From NCBI GenBank assembly GCA_036679645.1, contig JAZDCY010000098.1, positions 1 to 64,000 on the forward strand: a stretch of 64,000 nucleotides of DNA, given 5' to 3'. A program made the translations under genes and the position numbers. This document shows, piece after piece, positions 47,740 to 59,559 of the stretch. The notes beneath the pieces were generated by a model. The model made no database searches. It worked only from the letters and a program-made list of their open reading frames with translations, and had not been told where the DNA came from. Within the stretch, counting starts at the first letter, position 1. Every line of letters starts with the position of its first letter. This stretch comes from Gemmatimonadota bacterium (GTDB lineage: Bacteria > Gemmatimonadota > Gemmatimonadetes > Gemmatimonadales > GWC2-71-9).

Positions 47740-48633
47740 GTGAGCATGCGTTGGGCGCTCGTCGTCATGGCGGTCACGGCCTGTGGCGGGTCTGCGGCCG
47801 ACCACCGGGTCCTGGGTGACAGAGCCTACGTCGACGGACACTTCGATGAGGCGCTCGCGGAGTATCGTCTGGCGCTCCGGCAGCGGACCCCCAATGCGAC
47901 GCTCCGCGCAAAGGCGGCCGCGGCGGCGGTCAGGATCGGTGAACTGAAGCCGGCGATCGAGGAGTACATTGCGCTTGCCCGCGAGGACGAGAAGCGGGCA
48001 ACCGAGGCGGCCGACGGGCTCGAGCGCGTCGCCCGGCTGGCGCTCGCGGGGAACGACCTGGTAGCGCTGCGGCTGGCAATCGGTGCTATTCGCGATCTGG
48101 GCGTGCATCGGGCGGTTAGCGGCACGTTCGCCCTGGCTTTGCTCGAGAACGCGGAGCCCGCAGGAGCGGTCGATCTCCTGCCGCTCGCGGCCGCAGCGGC
48201 GTCCGACACGCGCGCTCAGGACTCGTTGATGTACGAGTACGGCACCGTGCTACGCCGGACGGGCAGATGCGAGCAGGCGCTTCCCGTTCTGGAGAGCCTC
48301 GCTCGGCGGCGCCGGGTAATCTCGCTTGCCGAGGGCGCCGCGCGGGATGCAGCAAGCTGCGCGTTGACGCTCGGGCGGCGGGCGTTGAACCGGAACGCGC
48401 CGACCGTCGCGGAAGAATGGTTTCGCCGGGCAGTGACCCACGGTGGCGACACACCGGTCGGTCGGGCGGCGTATGTGGGTCTTGGGGATGTGATGTTCGC
48501 GCGTGGGGAATTCGAGGGCGCGGTGGAGGCGTTCCAGCGGGCCATGGCTGACGCCCCGGCCGGCGATTCGATTGCGGCCGTCGCCCGGGAGCGCCTAAAC
48601 CTCATAGGGAGCGCTGGAACGGTGTTCCGGTGA
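47740..48633 (+). CDS. TPR lipoprotein
   Basis: Lipobox VTAC; TPR-like helices. Confidence 0.75.
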   Translation: MSMRWALVVMAVTACGGSAADHRVLGDRAYVDGHFDEALAEYRLALRQRTPNATLRAKAAAAAVRIGELKPAIEEYIALAREDEKRATEAADGLERVARLALAGNDLVALRLAIGAIRDLGVHRAVSGTFALALLENAEPAGAVDLLPLAAAAASDTRAQDSLMYEYGTVLRRTGRCEQALPVLESLARRRRVISLAEGAARDAASCALTLGRRALNRNAPTVAEEWFRRAVTHGGDTPVGRAAYVGLGDVMFARGEFEGAVEAFQRAMADAPAGDSIAAVARERLNLIGSAGTVFR

Positions 48634-48647
48634 CGAGTGTCTAAGCA

Positions 48648-49394
48648 TTGATGTGGTTACGGATTATCGGCGCGGCCTGCGTTGTCGTGGGTGTTACGGC
48701 ATGCGGGTCGGGCTTCGACATAAGCCAATATCCAACTCCGCAAGCGTTGCTCGCGGCGTCGATCTCCGCGTACGAGCAGGGCGATTGCGGTGGCGCTGTG
48801 CGCGGCCTGCGCCGCGTGACAGTGGAACTCCCGCCACGCGACGCGCAGATCGCCGAGGCTCGGTTCTACCTCGCGGAGTGTCTGCTGCGCGACGGCGAGC
48901 GGATCGAGTCCGCCCGTGAGTTCAGGCGGGTAGCCGATGAGTTCCCGCAGCACGAGCGTGCGCCATGGGCACTGCTCCGAGCGGGCGACGCGCTGGCGCG
49001 ACTCTGGAAGCGGCCCGAACTGGATCCGACATACGGCACGAACGCGATCTCGACCTACTCCGAACTCCTGGGTCGGTATCCGCAGTCGGATGCAGCGGCA
49101 GAGGCGCGTGTGAAGCTGGCCGCGTTGCAGGACCGGTTCGCGCTCAAGGATATCAAGAACGGTGATTTCTATTCGCGACTGCACGCGTACGACTCCGCGA
49201 TCCTCTACTATCGCAGTGTCGTCGCCCAGTACCCGGATTCTCGGTACGCACCGATCGCCCTAATGAAGCTGGTGGGCACGTACCGGCGCATCGGCTACGA
49301 AGAGGAAGCGCGCGAGACGTGCGACCATCTGCGTCGCTTCTTTCCCGAGGTGGAGGGACTCGACGACCGCTGCCCCGCGCCCACCGCGAACTAG
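48648..49394 (+). CDS. bamD: Outer membrane protein assembly factor BamD
   Basis: Lipobox VTAC; TPRs with PELDPT, YPQS and FY...AYDSAILYY. Confidence 0.8.
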   Translation: MMWLRIIGAACVVVGVTACGSGFDISQYPTPQALLAASISAYEQGDCGGAVRGLRRVTVELPPRDAQIAEARFYLAECLLRDGERIESAREFRRVADEFPQHERAPWALLRAGDALARLWKRPELDPTYGTNAISTYSELLGRYPQSDAAAEARVKLAALQDRFALKDIKNGDFYSRLHAYDSAILYYRSVVAQYPDSRYAPIALMKLVGTYRRIGYEEEARETCDHLRRFFPEVEGLDDRCPAPTAN

Positions 49395-49398
49395 TCGA

Positions 49399-49977
49399 TT
49401 GCGGCTCGGGCTCTTTGGAGGGTCCTTTGATCCCGTGCACAACGGGCACCTCATCGTCGCGCGAGCCGCGGCGGATGCCTTGAACCTCGATCACCTGCGC
49501 TTTGTCCCTGCCCGCGAGCAGCCGTTCAAGGAAGGCCGGCATGGCGCCCACGCTTCCGACCGACTGGCCATGCTGGCGATGGCGCTTGCCGGCGAGCCCG
49601 GTTTCTCGGTCGATGACCGGGAGATCCACCGCCCGAGCCCGTCGTACACCATCGACACCGTACGCGAGATCCGGGCAGAGTGCCCGAACGATGAGTTATT
49701 TTTGGTAGTTGGGGCTGACGCGATCGTGGAGCTGCCCGCATGGCGTGAAGTGGAGGCACTGGCAAAGATGGTGAGCGTGGTGGCACTGACGCGTCCCGGC
49801 GTGCCCGTCCCGCATAGCGGCTCGCTGATCGACCGGGTGGTGGCGGTTCCTGCAGTCGAGATCTCTGCCAGCGCGATCCGGGCACGATTGCGCGAGGGCG
49901 GTGTCATCGACGATCTGGTACCTTCCGCCGTCGCGCGGTATGTGGCGGAACGCGGTCTGTATTTGCAAGGAGACTGA
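49399..49977 (+). CDS. nadD: Nicotinate-nucleotide adenylyltransferase
   Basis: [20 protein letters not shown] and ISASAIR motifs. Confidence 0.95.
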   Translation: MRLGLFGGSFDPVHNGHLIVARAAADALNLDHLRFVPAREQPFKEGRHGAHASDRLAMLAMALAGEPGFSVDDREIHRPSPSYTIDTVREIRAECPNDELFLVVGADAIVELPAWREVEALAKMVSVVALTRPGVPVPHSGSLIDRVVAVPAVEISASAIRARLREGGVIDDLVPSAVARYVAERGLYLQGD

Positions 49978-52900
49978 TGCTCAAGAAGCTGGCTGCAACG
50001 GTGTTCGGCACGCGCTTCGACCGAGAAACGAAGCGCATCCAGCCGCTCATTGACGAGATACATGCGCACGAGGAACGGCTGGCGACGGTGCCGGACGAGG
50101 AGATCAAGGCGCAGACGGAGAAGCTGCGCGGGCTGTTACGCGAGCGGGTCGGCGCGCTACAGGACGAGGTCGAGGCGGTGCGTACCGAGAAACACGCGTG
50201 TGCCGATCCCGCCAAACGCGAGGAATTGGAAGAGCAGGTCCACCGGCTCGAGGAGCGACTCAACGAGGATACGGGGGAAGCCCTCGGCGCCCTGTTGCCC
50301 GAAGCATTTGCCACGGTGCGAGAAGCCTGCCGCCGTCTCATGGGGTCGAAGGTCGTGGTGACGGCGCACGCACTCGAGTGGGACATGGTGCCCTACGATG
50401 TCCAACTCATAGGCGGGATCGTGTTGCACCAGGGCAAGATTGCCGAGATGGCCACCGGCGAGGGGAAGACGCTCGTCGCGACCCTGCCCATCTACCTCAA
50501 TGCGCTCACGGGACGTGGTGTGCACCTCGTCACTGTGAACGACTACCTGGCTCGCCGGGACTCCCAGTGGATGGGACATCTCTACAGCTTCCTCGGCCTC
50601 ACCGTGGGTTGCCTCGACGACACTCAGCCGTCGACCGAAGAGCGCCGCCAGGCGTACCACTGCGACGTCACCTACGGGACCAACAACGAATTCGGTTTCG
50701 ACTACCTGCGTGACAACATGGTCTTCTCGCAGGAACAACGGGTGCAGCGTCCGCATGCCTACGCGATAATCGATGAGGTCGACTCGATTCTGGTCGACGA
50801 GGCGCGCACGCCACTCATCATATCGGGTCCGGTCGGGAACGAGGAAGACAAGAAGTACGCACAGTTCAACACTGAGGTGGAGCGTCTGGCCCGCAAGCAG
50901 CTGGCGGTAGTGAACCGTCTGGTCGCCGATGGGGGGCGCATGCTGGCTGACGATCCCGACAGCTATGAGGGCGCGACGGCTCTCTACAAAGCGCAAAAAG
51001 GGGGTCCCAAGAACAAGCAGCTGATGAAGCTCCTGCAGGAGCCGCGGTTGCAGCAGTTCGTTCAAAAGATCGACCTCGACGCGATCGCCGATCGTAAGCT
51101 CCCGGCCAAAGACCAGAAACTACGCGACATCGAAGAAGACCTGTTCTACGTGCTCGACGAGAAGGGGCACTCCGTACACCTAACGGACCAGGGCGTCGAA
51201 GCAATGAGCCCTGATGACCCAGATCTCTTCTTGGTGCCCGACATTTCGGAGGAGGTGGGGCGTATCGAGCACGACGATGCGCTCACCGCCGAAGAGAAGA
51301 TCGAACGGCGACGTCAGCTGGAGGCTGAGTACGCGCAGAAGAGTGAGAAACTGCACATCATTCACAAGCTGCTGCAGGGGCACGCGCTCTACGAGAAGGA
51401 CGTCGAGTACCTCGTGCAGGATGGGCAGGTCTTCATCGTCGATGAGTTTACCGGCCGGATCATGGTGGGCCGGCGTTGGTCCGATGGACTGCACCAGGCC
51501 ATCGAGGCCAAGGAAGGAGTGACGGTACGCGGCGAGACGCAAACGCTCGCGACCATCACCATTCAGAACTACTTCCGGATGTACGACAAGCTGGCCGGCA
51601 TGACGGGTACCGCCGAGACCGAGGAGACGGAGTTCTTCCAGATCTACGGTCTCGAGGTCGTCGTGATCCCGACGAACCGACCGGTCCGGCGCGTCGACGA
51701 TCACGACCTGATCTACCGGACCCGTCGCGAGAAGTACAACGCAATCGTCGAGGAGGTCCATCGCCGGCATCAGCAGGGATTGCCGGTGCTCGTGGGGACG
51801 GTAAACGTGGAGATCTCGGAGACGCTGAGCCGGATGCTCAAACGACGCGGGATCCGGCACGAAGTCCTGAATGCCAAACAGCACCAGCGGGAAGCGGAAA
51901 TCATATTACAGGCGGGTCGCGCCGGATCGGTCACGATCGCCACCAACATGGCGGGTCGCGGAACGGACATCAAACTTGGCCCGAACGTCACACAGTGCGC
52001 CGTGTGCGGTGTGAAGGGAAAGGGTCTGGCCCCGTTCGGACAGCAAGTCGAGGAGCCCGATCTGTCGGCCGCCGAGATTCAGAGCCGCAAGTGCAATGAA
52101 GAGCCGCCGTGCGGGTTGGTGATCATCGGGACGGAGCGGCATGAGTCCCGCCGCATCGATCGACAGTTGCGGGGCCGTTCCGGTCGCCAGGGTGACCCGG
52201 GCCAGAGCGTGTTCTTCCTTTCGCTCGAAGATGATCTCATGCGGCTGTTCATTAGCGAGCGGGTCGCGCGGTGGATGGAAAAATCCGGGGTCGAAGAGGA
52301 CGAAGTCATCACGCATCCGCTCGTCACACGGGCAATCGAGAACGCTCAGAAGAAGGTCGAGATCCGGAACTTCGAGGCACGGAAGCGTCTCCTCGAGTAC
52401 GACGATGTGATGAACCAGCAGCGCGAGGTCGTGTACTCCTTGCGGCTGTTTGCGCTGGAGGGCGGAGAGGAGCTCAAGGCGGAGGCCGTCCGGATGATCC
52501 ACAGCGCGCTGGAGGGGTACGCCGGCGAGATCACCGCAGATGATCCAGAGGCGTGGGATCGCAAGCTCATGGGCACAGAGATCCTCATGCGCTTCATGCT
52601 CTCGCTGCCCGACCTGCAGGACGCCGACCGCACTCCGGACGCCGCGGAAGTCTCAGATCAACTCAAGGGGGCCGGTGAGGCGGCGTTTCACACCAAACTC
52701 GCCGCCTGGGGGGAAGTTGGGAAAACCAACGGCGTCGAGGATCTCGCGGGACGGTTGCTGTCACACGTCTTGCAGCAGGTACTGGACGAGAAGTGGAAGG
52801 ACCACCTCTACGATCTCGATCAGCTCCGCAACGCCATCCAGTACCGTGCCTGGGGGCAGAAGGACCCGCTCGTCGAGTACAAGCAGGAGGCCTTCGACAT

Positions 52901-53246
52901 GTTCGTGGACCTCATGACCGACATCCGGCGGACCTTCACCGAACGGTTGCTGAAGTTCCAGGTACAGTTCACCGGTGGCGCACCCACCCGTCCAATGCGG
53001 CGGCCTGTCCCGGTGGCGGTCGCGACACACCCTTCGAGTGATGCCGATCTCATGATGGCGGGGGCCCAACCAGGTGCCGCGAGGGCGCTGGCACCCGCAA
53101 CGACCACCTCGGCAGCAGGCGCGGGTGGCCCGGAGCCGGCACGGCCCATTCAGCGCAGTGTGGCCAAGGTGGGCCGCAACGACCCGTGCCCCTGCGGCAG
53201 CGGCAGGAAATACAAGAAGTGCCACGGGGCGTCGGCGTCGGCGTAG
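49977..53246 (+). CDS. secA: Protein translocase subunit SecA
   Basis: [44 protein letters not shown] and C-terminal [13 protein letters not shown]. Confidence 0.98.
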   Translation: MLKKLAATVFGTRFDRETKRIQPLIDEIHAHEERLATVPDEEIKAQTEKLRGLLRERVGALQDEVEAVRTEKHACADPAKREELEEQVHRLEERLNEDTGEALGALLPEAFATVREACRRLMGSKVVVTAHALEWDMVPYDVQLIGGIVLHQGKIAEMATGEGKTLVATLPIYLNALTGRGVHLVTVNDYLARRDSQWMGHLYSFLGLTVGCLDDTQPSTEERRQAYHCDVTYGTNNEFGFDYLRDNMVFSQEQRVQRPHAYAIIDEVDSILVDEARTPLIISGPVGNEEDKKYAQFNTEVERLARKQLAVVNRLVADGGRMLADDPDSYEGATALYKAQKGGPKNKQLMKLLQEPRLQQFVQKIDLDAIADRKLPAKDQKLRDIEEDLFYVLDEKGHSVHLTDQGVEAMSPDDPDLFLVPDISEEVGRIEHDDALTAEEKIERRRQLEAEYAQKSEKLHIIHKLLQGHALYEKDVEYLVQDGQVFIVDEFTGRIMVGRRWSDGLHQAIEAKEGVTVRGETQTLATITIQNYFRMYDKLAGMTGTAETEETEFFQIYGLEVVVIPTNRPVRRVDDHDLIYRTRREKYNAIVEEVHRRHQQGLPVLVGTVNVEISETLSRMLKRRGIRHEVLNAKQHQREAEIILQAGRAGSVTIATNMAGRGTDIKLGPNVTQCAVCGVKGKGLAPFGQQVEEPDLSAAEIQSRKCNEEPPCGLVIIGTERHESRRIDRQLRGRSGRQGDPGQSVFFLSLEDDLMRLFISERVARWMEKSGVEEDEVITHPLVTRAIENAQKKVEIRNFEARKRLLEYDDVMNQQREVVYSLRLFALEGGEELKAEAVRMIHSALEGYAGEITADDPEAWDRKLMGTEILMRFMLSLPDLQDADRTPDAAEVSDQLKGAGEAAFHTKLAAWGEVGKTNGVEDLAGRLLSHVLQQVLDEKWKDHLYDLDQLRNAIQYRAWGQKDPLVEYKQEAFDMFVDLMTDIRRTFTERLLKFQVQFTGGAPTRPMRRPVPVAVATHPSSDADLMMAGAQPGAARALAPATTTSAAGAGGPEPARPIQRSVAKVGRNDPCPCGSGRKYKKCHGASASA

Positions 53247-53263
53247 GGGCGCACGTCGCGTCC
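53243..53263 (+). repeat. GTAG-type REP-like hairpin (degenerate copy)
   Basis: GTAGGGGCGCACGTCGCGTCC; shares its first 13 nt with the copy at 60058; overlaps the secA TAG stop. Confidence 0.55.
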
Positions 53264-53339
53264 CGTTTCCGTACTTCCGATACCCGGCGCACGTTTTTGG
53301 CTAGGTAGACACCGGCCGGCCCAGACATCGTATGTCGCG

Positions 53340-54026
53340 ATGTCAGAACACCCCTTTGCGGCCCTCCGCGTACGTGAGCGCCCGCGCGAACGGCTCCGTT
53401 CGCTCGGGCCGGGTGCGTTGACGGTGGTCGAGCTCATCGCCATTCTCCTAGGTACGGGGACATCGCGTCGCCATGTACTGGAGGTAGCGGCCGAGCTGTT
53501 CGCCAGTGCTGGGGGTTCGCTGCGTGCGTTGGCGCGCCGGCCCGCTGGAGCGGTGGCGGACACCGACGGGGTGGGCAACGCCAAGGCCGCCCGGATCGCA
53601 GCGGCGCTCGAGCTGGCGCGTCGCATGGCCTGCGAGCCGATCGAGCGCGAGCGTGTAGTGCGGTCGCCGTCGGACGTGTCTCGCTGGTGTGGACCGGCAC
53701 TGTGTGACCTCGTGGTCGAGGAGTTTCGGCTCCTGACGCTCGATGCGCAAAACCGCATCACACGCGAGTTGCTGATCACGCGCGGCATTCTGAACAGCTC
53801 GCTGGTGCATCCGCGGGAGGTGTTCCGGGCCGCGATCGCGGAGGCGGCGGCCGGGATCATCGTGCTGCACAACCACCCGAGTGGGAACCCCGCGCCGTCG
53901 AGTGACGATCGTGCCGTTACCCGCCAGCTCGTGGAGGCAGGGCGCCTTCTGGATCTCCCGGTGTACGATCATGTGATCGTTGCGGGCAATCGCTACTTCA
54001 GTTTCGCCGAGGCCGGATTGCTGTGA
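53340..54026 (+). CDS. radC: RadC-family JAB-domain protein
   Basis: ERPRERL, VHPREVF, HNHPSG...S.DD and DHVI motifs. Confidence 0.95.
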   Translation: MSEHPFAALRVRERPRERLRSLGPGALTVVELIAILLGTGTSRRHVLEVAAELFASAGGSLRALARRPAGAVADTDGVGNAKAARIAAALELARRMACEPIERERVVRSPSDVSRWCGPALCDLVVEEFRLLTLDAQNRITRELLITRGILNSSLVHPREVFRAAIAEAAAGIIVLHNHPSGNPAPSSDDRAVTRQLVEAGRLLDLPVYDHVIVAGNRYFSFAEAGLL

Positions 54027-56197
54027 CCACTGCTATTGCCGCGTTGGACGCCGCCTTTGCTCAGGCGTTGGAGGAACGCAAGGACCGGCTCGCAATCGAC
54101 CGGATCGTCCAGGCGTTCATGTTCAGCGCCCAGGCGCATCAGGGCCAGAAGCGGAGATCGGGTGAGGACTTCGTGTCCCATTCGGTGGCCGTGGCGCGCA
54201 TTCTGGTCGAGCTCCAGATGGATACGACCACCATCGTCGCCGCTCTGCTGCACGATGTGGTGGAGGATGCGGACGTCTCGGTTGGGGAGATCCGGGACGC
54301 GTTCGGTGACGAGGTGGCGGCGATCGTCGATGGGCTGACGAAGCTCTCGAGCCTGACGTTCCGCTCGAGCACAGAGGAGCAGGTGGAGAACTATCGGAAG
54401 TTGCTCCTGTCGGTGGCCCGGGACGCGCGCGTAATCATCGTGAAGCTGGCGGATCGGCTGCACAACATGCGCACGCTCGAGCACCTGCCGCCGGAGAAGC
54501 AGAGCCGCATTGCCCAGGAGACGCATGAGATCTACGCGCCGCTCGCCCACAGATTCGGGATGGCGGGGGTCAAGGCGGAACTCGAAGATCTGGCATTCCG
54601 GTTCCTGGAGGAGGAGGAGTACAACGCGCTCGCGGCGAAGGTGCAGGCGGAGCGTGCCGAGCGGGAGGAGATGATCGAGCGCTTATGCCGACCGCTCGAG
54701 GAGGAGTTTACCCGAGCCGGGATCTCCGACTTCGAGCTGACCGGGAGATCCAAGCATCTCTGGTCGATCTACAAGAAGATCAAAGGCCGGAACAAGGCCT
54801 TTGAAGAGATCTATGACCTGATGGCGATACGAGTACTGGTGGAGTCAGTGCGTGACTGCTACCACGCACTCGGCATCATCCACCATCGGTGGACCCCACT
54901 CCAGGAACGCATCAAGGACTACATAGCCTCCCCCAAATCCAACGCGTATCAGTCGCTCCACACCACGATCTTCGGGCCGGGCGGACAGCTCTACGAAATC
55001 CAGATCCGCACGCGCGAGATGCATCGCACGGCGGAGTACGGTATCGCCGCCCACTGGGTGTACAAAGAGGGCCGGCACCCAGACGAACTCGACGAGCACT
55101 TCACGTGGTTCCGGCAGCTCATCGAGCTGCAGCAGGAGACCCACTCGCCCGAGGAGTTTCTCGAGTTTCTCAAGGTCGATCTCTACCAGGACGAGATCTT
55201 CGTGTTCACGCCTAAGGGAGACGTCAAGCGGTTGCCGGCTGGCTCGACGCCCATCGATTTCGCCTTTGCGGTGCATACGGAAGTGGGGTTGCGGTGCCGG
55301 GGTGCCAAACTCAACGGGCGAATTGCTCCGCTGCACCGGCCACTCAAGAACGGTGACACGGTCGAGATCATTAGCGGGCCGCAAGCGCGCCCGAGTCGCG
55401 ATTGGCTGAACCATGTGCGAACGGGGCGGGCGCGGCACAAGATCCGACAGTGGGTCAACAAGGAGGATGGAGAGCAGACTCTCGCGCTGGGGAAGGAGAT
55501 CCTGGGACGGGAACTGCGCCGCCGGCGCCTGGATCCTCCGCCGCAGGCCGCCTTTGCCGCCGCGGCCGACGCGCTCTCAGTTGGATCGGCCGAAGGCCTG
55601 TACCAGGCCCTCGGGCGCGGCGACGTCCCGACCGGCGCGGTCCTCAAGGCACTGTTTCCCGAGCGGCCGGCCAGCGAACTCCAGGCGCCAAAACCAACCA
55701 CCGCGTTTGGACGCGTCATCGACCGCTTCCGGCTCCGTAAGGGTGTCCGGGTCCAAGGGGTCGGAGGGATCGTCATTCGGTACGCCCAGTGTTGTCAGCC
55801 GGTTCCGGGCGACCCTGTCGTCGGGTTCGTGACGCGCGGGCGCGGGATCTCCATTCATCGGGCTGACTGTCCCAACCTGCTCACCATGCCGGCCGATGCC
55901 GATCGCCGAGTCGATATCGACTGGCACACGGTGGAAGGCGAGGTGTTCATCGTGACGCTGGCCGTGGTGGGTGAGGATCGGCGCGGTCTGTACGCGGACC
56001 TGATGGAAACGGTGTCGCACACCGGTACGAACATCAAGAGCGCAGAGCTGTCGAGCAAAGACGGTGCAATGTTCGGCTCGGTGGTAATCGAGGTAGAGCA
56101 CAGCGCTCACCTGTCGAAGGTGATGCGAGCAATGCGGCGCGTGAAAGGTGTGAACGTGGTCGAGCGGCGCGAGGCGAGCGCCGATACGCCGTCCTAG
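54023..56197 (+). CDS. Bifunctional (p)ppGpp synthetase/hydrolase (RelA/SpoT homolog)
   Basis: HDVVED, KLADRLHNMRTL, YQSLHT and EIQIRT motifs; TGS and ACT domains. Confidence 0.96.
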   Translation: MTTAIAALDAAFAQALEERKDRLAIDRIVQAFMFSAQAHQGQKRRSGEDFVSHSVAVARILVELQMDTTTIVAALLHDVVEDADVSVGEIRDAFGDEVAAIVDGLTKLSSLTFRSSTEEQVENYRKLLLSVARDARVIIVKLADRLHNMRTLEHLPPEKQSRIAQETHEIYAPLAHRFGMAGVKAELEDLAFRFLEEEEYNALAAKVQAERAEREEMIERLCRPLEEEFTRAGISDFELTGRSKHLWSIYKKIKGRNKAFEEIYDLMAIRVLVESVRDCYHALGIIHHRWTPLQERIKDYIASPKSNAYQSLHTTIFGPGGQLYEIQIRTREMHRTAEYGIAAHWVYKEGRHPDELDEHFTWFRQLIELQQETHSPEEFLEFLKVDLYQDEIFVFTPKGDVKRLPAGSTPIDFAFAVHTEVGLRCRGAKLNGRIAPLHRPLKNGDTVEIISGPQARPSRDWLNHVRTGRARHKIRQWVNKEDGEQTLALGKEILGRELRRRRLDPPPQAAFAAAADALSVGSAEGLYQALGRGDVPTGAVLKALFPERPASELQAPKPTTAFGRVIDRFRLRKGVRVQGVGGIVIRYAQCCQPVPGDPVVGFVTRGRGISIHRADCPNLLTMPADADRRVDIDWHTVEGEVFIVTLAVVGEDRRGLYADLMETVSHTGTNIKSAELSSKDGAMFGSVVIEVEHSAHLSKVMRAMRRVKGVNVVERREASADTPS

Positions 56198-56200
56198 GCC

Positions 56201-58255
56201 GTGGCGGGATTCGAACTCGAGCTGCCGTTCGAGCTGGCAGGTGACCAGCCAAGAGCGATCCGGCAGATCAACGCGGGATTCCGCGAAGACCTGAAGTACC
56301 AGACGCTATTGGGCGTCACGGGGTCGGGCAAGACGGTGACAATGGCGCACGCGATCGCGTCGTACGGGCGTCCGGCTCTTGTCTTGTCTCACAACAAGAC
56401 TCTTGCAGCACAACTCTATGGCGAACTCAAGTCGTTCTTCCCGCGCAATGCGGTGGAGTACTTCGTCTCCTACTACGACTACTACCAACCCGAAGCGTAC
56501 GTCGCGGCGACCGATACCTACATTGCCAAGGACGCGTCCATCAACGATGACATCGAGGCGCTGCGGCTGCGCGCGACAGCCAGCCTCATGGAGCGCGACG
56601 ACGTGCTGATCGTGGCGACGGTGAGCGCCATCTACGGGTTAGGAGATCCGGTCGAGTATCGGGAACTTCTAGTTACCATCGGAGTGGGCGACGAGCGCCC
56701 GCGGGACGATTTTCTCGCAGATCTGGTTCGCGTCCAATACCGCCGGAACGATGTGAGCCTCGAGCGGAGCATGTTCCGGGTCCGCGGCGATACGGTAGAG
56801 ATCTTTCCCGCCTATGACGAGCAGGCCGTCCGGATCGAGTTCTGCGGCGACGAGGTCGAGCGGATCACGAAGATCCACCCGCTCACCGGCGAACCGATAG
56901 CCACGCTCGACCGGTGTGCCGTGTATCCGGCGTCGCACTACGTCGTCCAGCGGCCGACGCTCGAGCGCGCGGTCCGGGCAATCCGGGAAGAGTTGAGCGA
57001 ACGCCTTGCCGCGCTGAAGCCGGAGGGCAAGTTGCTAGAAGCCCAGCGACTCGAGTCACGCACCGGGTTCGATATCGACATGATGGTGGAGATAGGGACC
57101 TGTGCCGGAATCGAGAACTACTCGCGACACCTCTCGGGGCGGCGCGAAGGCGAGCGACCGGCATGTCTGCTGGACTACTTCCCGTCGGACTACCTCACCA
57201 TCGTCGATGAATCGCACGTCACGTTGCCGCAACTCGGGGGCATGTCCCTGGGCGACCGGTCGCGCAAGCTCACGCTCGTGGAGCACGGCTTCCGTCTGCC
57301 CTCGGCGCTGGATAACCGTCCCCTGAACTTCGATGAGTTCATGGAGCTTACGCCGCGCATCCTGTTCGTGTCGGCCACACCGGGCGATTTCGAGCCCGAA
57401 CGGTCGGGTGGCGTCGTAGTAGAACAGATCATTCGGCCGACGGGGCTCGTCGATCCGGCGGTCGAGGTACGTCCGGTGAAGGGACAGGTCGACGACCTGC
57501 TCGCGCAGATACGTGTCTGCGAAGCCGCGGGCGATCGCGTACTCGTCACCACGCTGACCAAGCGCATGGCCGAGGATCTCACGGACTACCTGCAGCAGGC
57601 GGGTGTCCGCGTGCGGTACATGCACTCCGACATCCCTACCATCGAGCGCATGGAAATCGTGCGCGGACTGCGACTTGGCGAATTCGACGTGCTGGTAGGA
57701 ATCAATCTCCTGCGGGAAGGGTTGGACCTGCCGGAGGTCGCGTTGGTCGCGATCCTGGACGCGGACCAAGAAGGCTTTCTGCGGTCTGACAAGTCGTTGA
57801 TCCAAACCGTCGGGCGTGCCGCACGGCACGAGCGCGGGAGGGCCGTCCTGTATGCGGATCGGATGACCGGGTCAATGGAGCGTGCGCTGGCGGAGATGAC
57901 GCGTAGGCGCAACGTGCAACAGGCCCACAACGCCAAGCACGGGATCACGCCGACCTCGATCCACAAGTCGGTGCAAGAGGTCCGCTTCGTGACTAGGGTC
58001 GCGGACGTGCGGGAACGGGCCGACAAGCCGGCTCCGGCGGAGGAACCGGAACACCTGGATAGCGGGCAGCTGATCGAGGTGCTCGAGCAGCAGATGCGCG
58101 AGGCCGCGGCGGATCTGGATTTTGAGCGTGCGGCCCAACTGCGCGACCAGGTCTTCGAGTTGAAGGCGTCGACCGACCCGGTCCGGCGTGCACCTGCGGG
58201 CGTCGATGGAAAGGGCCGACGGGGGCGGTCGCGAGGCCGTGCACGGCGCCGCTGA
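56201..58255 (+). CDS. uvrB: Excinuclease ABC subunit B
   Basis: [32 protein letters not shown] and [11 protein letters not shown] motifs. Confidence 0.97.
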   Translation: MAGFELELPFELAGDQPRAIRQINAGFREDLKYQTLLGVTGSGKTVTMAHAIASYGRPALVLSHNKTLAAQLYGELKSFFPRNAVEYFVSYYDYYQPEAYVAATDTYIAKDASINDDIEALRLRATASLMERDDVLIVATVSAIYGLGDPVEYRELLVTIGVGDERPRDDFLADLVRVQYRRNDVSLERSMFRVRGDTVEIFPAYDEQAVRIEFCGDEVERITKIHPLTGEPIATLDRCAVYPASHYVVQRPTLERAVRAIREELSERLAALKPEGKLLEAQRLESRTGFDIDMMVEIGTCAGIENYSRHLSGRREGERPACLLDYFPSDYLTIVDESHVTLPQLGGMSLGDRSRKLTLVEHGFRLPSALDNRPLNFDEFMELTPRILFVSATPGDFEPERSGGVVVEQIIRPTGLVDPAVEVRPVKGQVDDLLAQIRVCEAAGDRVLVTTLTKRMAEDLTDYLQQAGVRVRYMHSDIPTIERMEIVRGLRLGEFDVLVGINLLREGLDLPEVALVAILDADQEGFLRSDKSLIQTVGRAARHERGRAVLYADRMTGSMERALAEMTRRRNVQQAHNAKHGITPTSIHKSVQEVRFVTRVADVRERADKPAPAEEPEHLDSGQLIEVLEQQMREAAADLDFERAAQLRDQVFELKASTDPVRRAPAGVDGKGRRGRSRGRARRR

Positions 58256-58661
58256 CACGACCGTCGAGCTGGCCGAGGTTCCGGCTGTGGCTCACCGGCT
58301 GTGGGACGACGTGCCCGCCGGTGGTGTCGTCTGGCTGTCGGGCGAGATTGGGGTGGGGAAGACGACGCTGGTGCGGGAACTGGCTCGAGTGAGTGAGGGG
58401 ACGGCGGCGCGCAGCCCCACGTACGCGTTGGTGCACGAGTACACGTCACCGCACGGCCTCCTCGTGCACGTCGATTGCTACCGCCTGCGCCAACCCGATG
58501 AGGCCATCGACATCGATTTTGGCGGCCTTCTAAGGCGTGCGCGGCTACTCGTGATCGAGTGGCCCGAGCGCGGGGGCGCCCATGTGCCGCACCCAGATGT
58601 ACACATCCGGCTCCATCATGTCGACGACCCAACGCGCCGCCGTATCGAGCGCGTGCAATGA
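58239..58661 (+). CDS. tsaE: tRNA t6A biosynthesis ATPase
   Basis: [22 protein letters not shown] and IEWP motifs. Confidence 0.93.
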   Translation: MHGAADTTVELAEVPAVAHRLWDDVPAGGVVWLSGEIGVGKTTLVRELARVSEGTAARSPTYALVHEYTSPHGLLVHVDCYRLRQPDEAIDIDFGGLLRRARLLVIEWPERGGAHVPHPDVHIRLHHVDDPTRRRIERVQ

Positions 58662-59392
58662 CGCTTACGCTCGCTATCGACACGGCCACCGACACCATGG
58701 TTGCGGCACTCGGCGATGCCCGGGGCGTGCGTGCCGAGATGGCGCTCAGAAGACGTCGGCATGCGGCATCACTCGTTCCGGCCATTGTGGAGTTGTGCCG
58801 CAGCGCGGGCGTATCGCTCGCAGATGTCACCGATATCATCGTGGCGGACGGGCCCGGAAGTTTCACCGGACTTCGCATCGGGCTGGCGACCGCGCAGGGG
58901 TTGGTCCGGGCGCGCGAGGCAATCACCCTCTGGAAGGTCCCGTCACTCCTCGTGACAGCCCGCGTGGGGAGCGCGTTTGTCGACGGTCCGGTCGCCGCAC
59001 TCTACAATGCGCTACGGGGCGATGTCTATGGTGCGGTGTATCGGTTTGGGAGGGAGGGGGACAGGTTGGACACGCTGCTGGCCCCCACGTTGGGCACGCT
59101 CTCCTCTCTCGCCGACGCCGTGGGGGACGTCCCGGCCGTCGCGCTGGGGGATGGGGCCGTTGCGTACGCAGACGAGGTGGTCGCGTGGACCGGTCGTGCC
59201 CCCGTCGGCCCACCGCACGCCTCGCCCAATGGCGCGGCCCTCTTGTCGCTCGCGACGGTGCCGGGTGCGCTCATTCGGGTCGCCGATCCGACGGCGTTCG
59301 AGCTTACCTACGGCAGACCTGCCGAGGCCCAGGCTCAGTGGGAGAAAGCGCACGGTCGATCCCTACCGGATTCGCCAGGCCGGTTCCGGTGA
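58658..59392 (+). CDS. tsaB: tRNA t6A biosynthesis protein
   Basis: LAIDTAT and GPGSFTGLRIG motifs. Confidence 0.93.
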   Translation: MTLTLAIDTATDTMVAALGDARGVRAEMALRRRRHAASLVPAIVELCRSAGVSLADVTDIIVADGPGSFTGLRIGLATAQGLVRAREAITLWKVPSLLVTARVGSAFVDGPVAALYNALRGDVYGAVYRFGREGDRLDTLLAPTLGTLSSLADAVGDVPAVALGDGAVAYADEVVAWTGRAPVGPPHASPNGAALLSLATVPGALIRVADPTAFELTYGRPAEAQAQWEKAHGRSLPDSPGRFR

Positions 59393-59559
59393 TACCGTCG
59401 CGGCCGGGAAATTGTCGGGATCTCGGCCGACGATGCGGTGTCGTATTTGGTGAAGCGTAGTTCGGGCGATGTGATGCGCGCATTTGGTTGACGTCTTTGG
59501 CGCGCGTCGCGTACGTTGTATTCCGTCCGGGTTCCATCCTGCCTACTTCGGAGGTCGTT

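Noticed and set aside
53340..54026. radC as a marker of a mobile element
   Set aside because: Full-length chromosomal type within the secA-relA-uvrB housekeeping run.
56201..58255. A few atypical-looking residues in UvrB (e.g. GGMSLGD, DFEPERS)
   Set aside because: The ORF and helicase motifs are intact. Divergence cannot be told from base-call noise without alignments.
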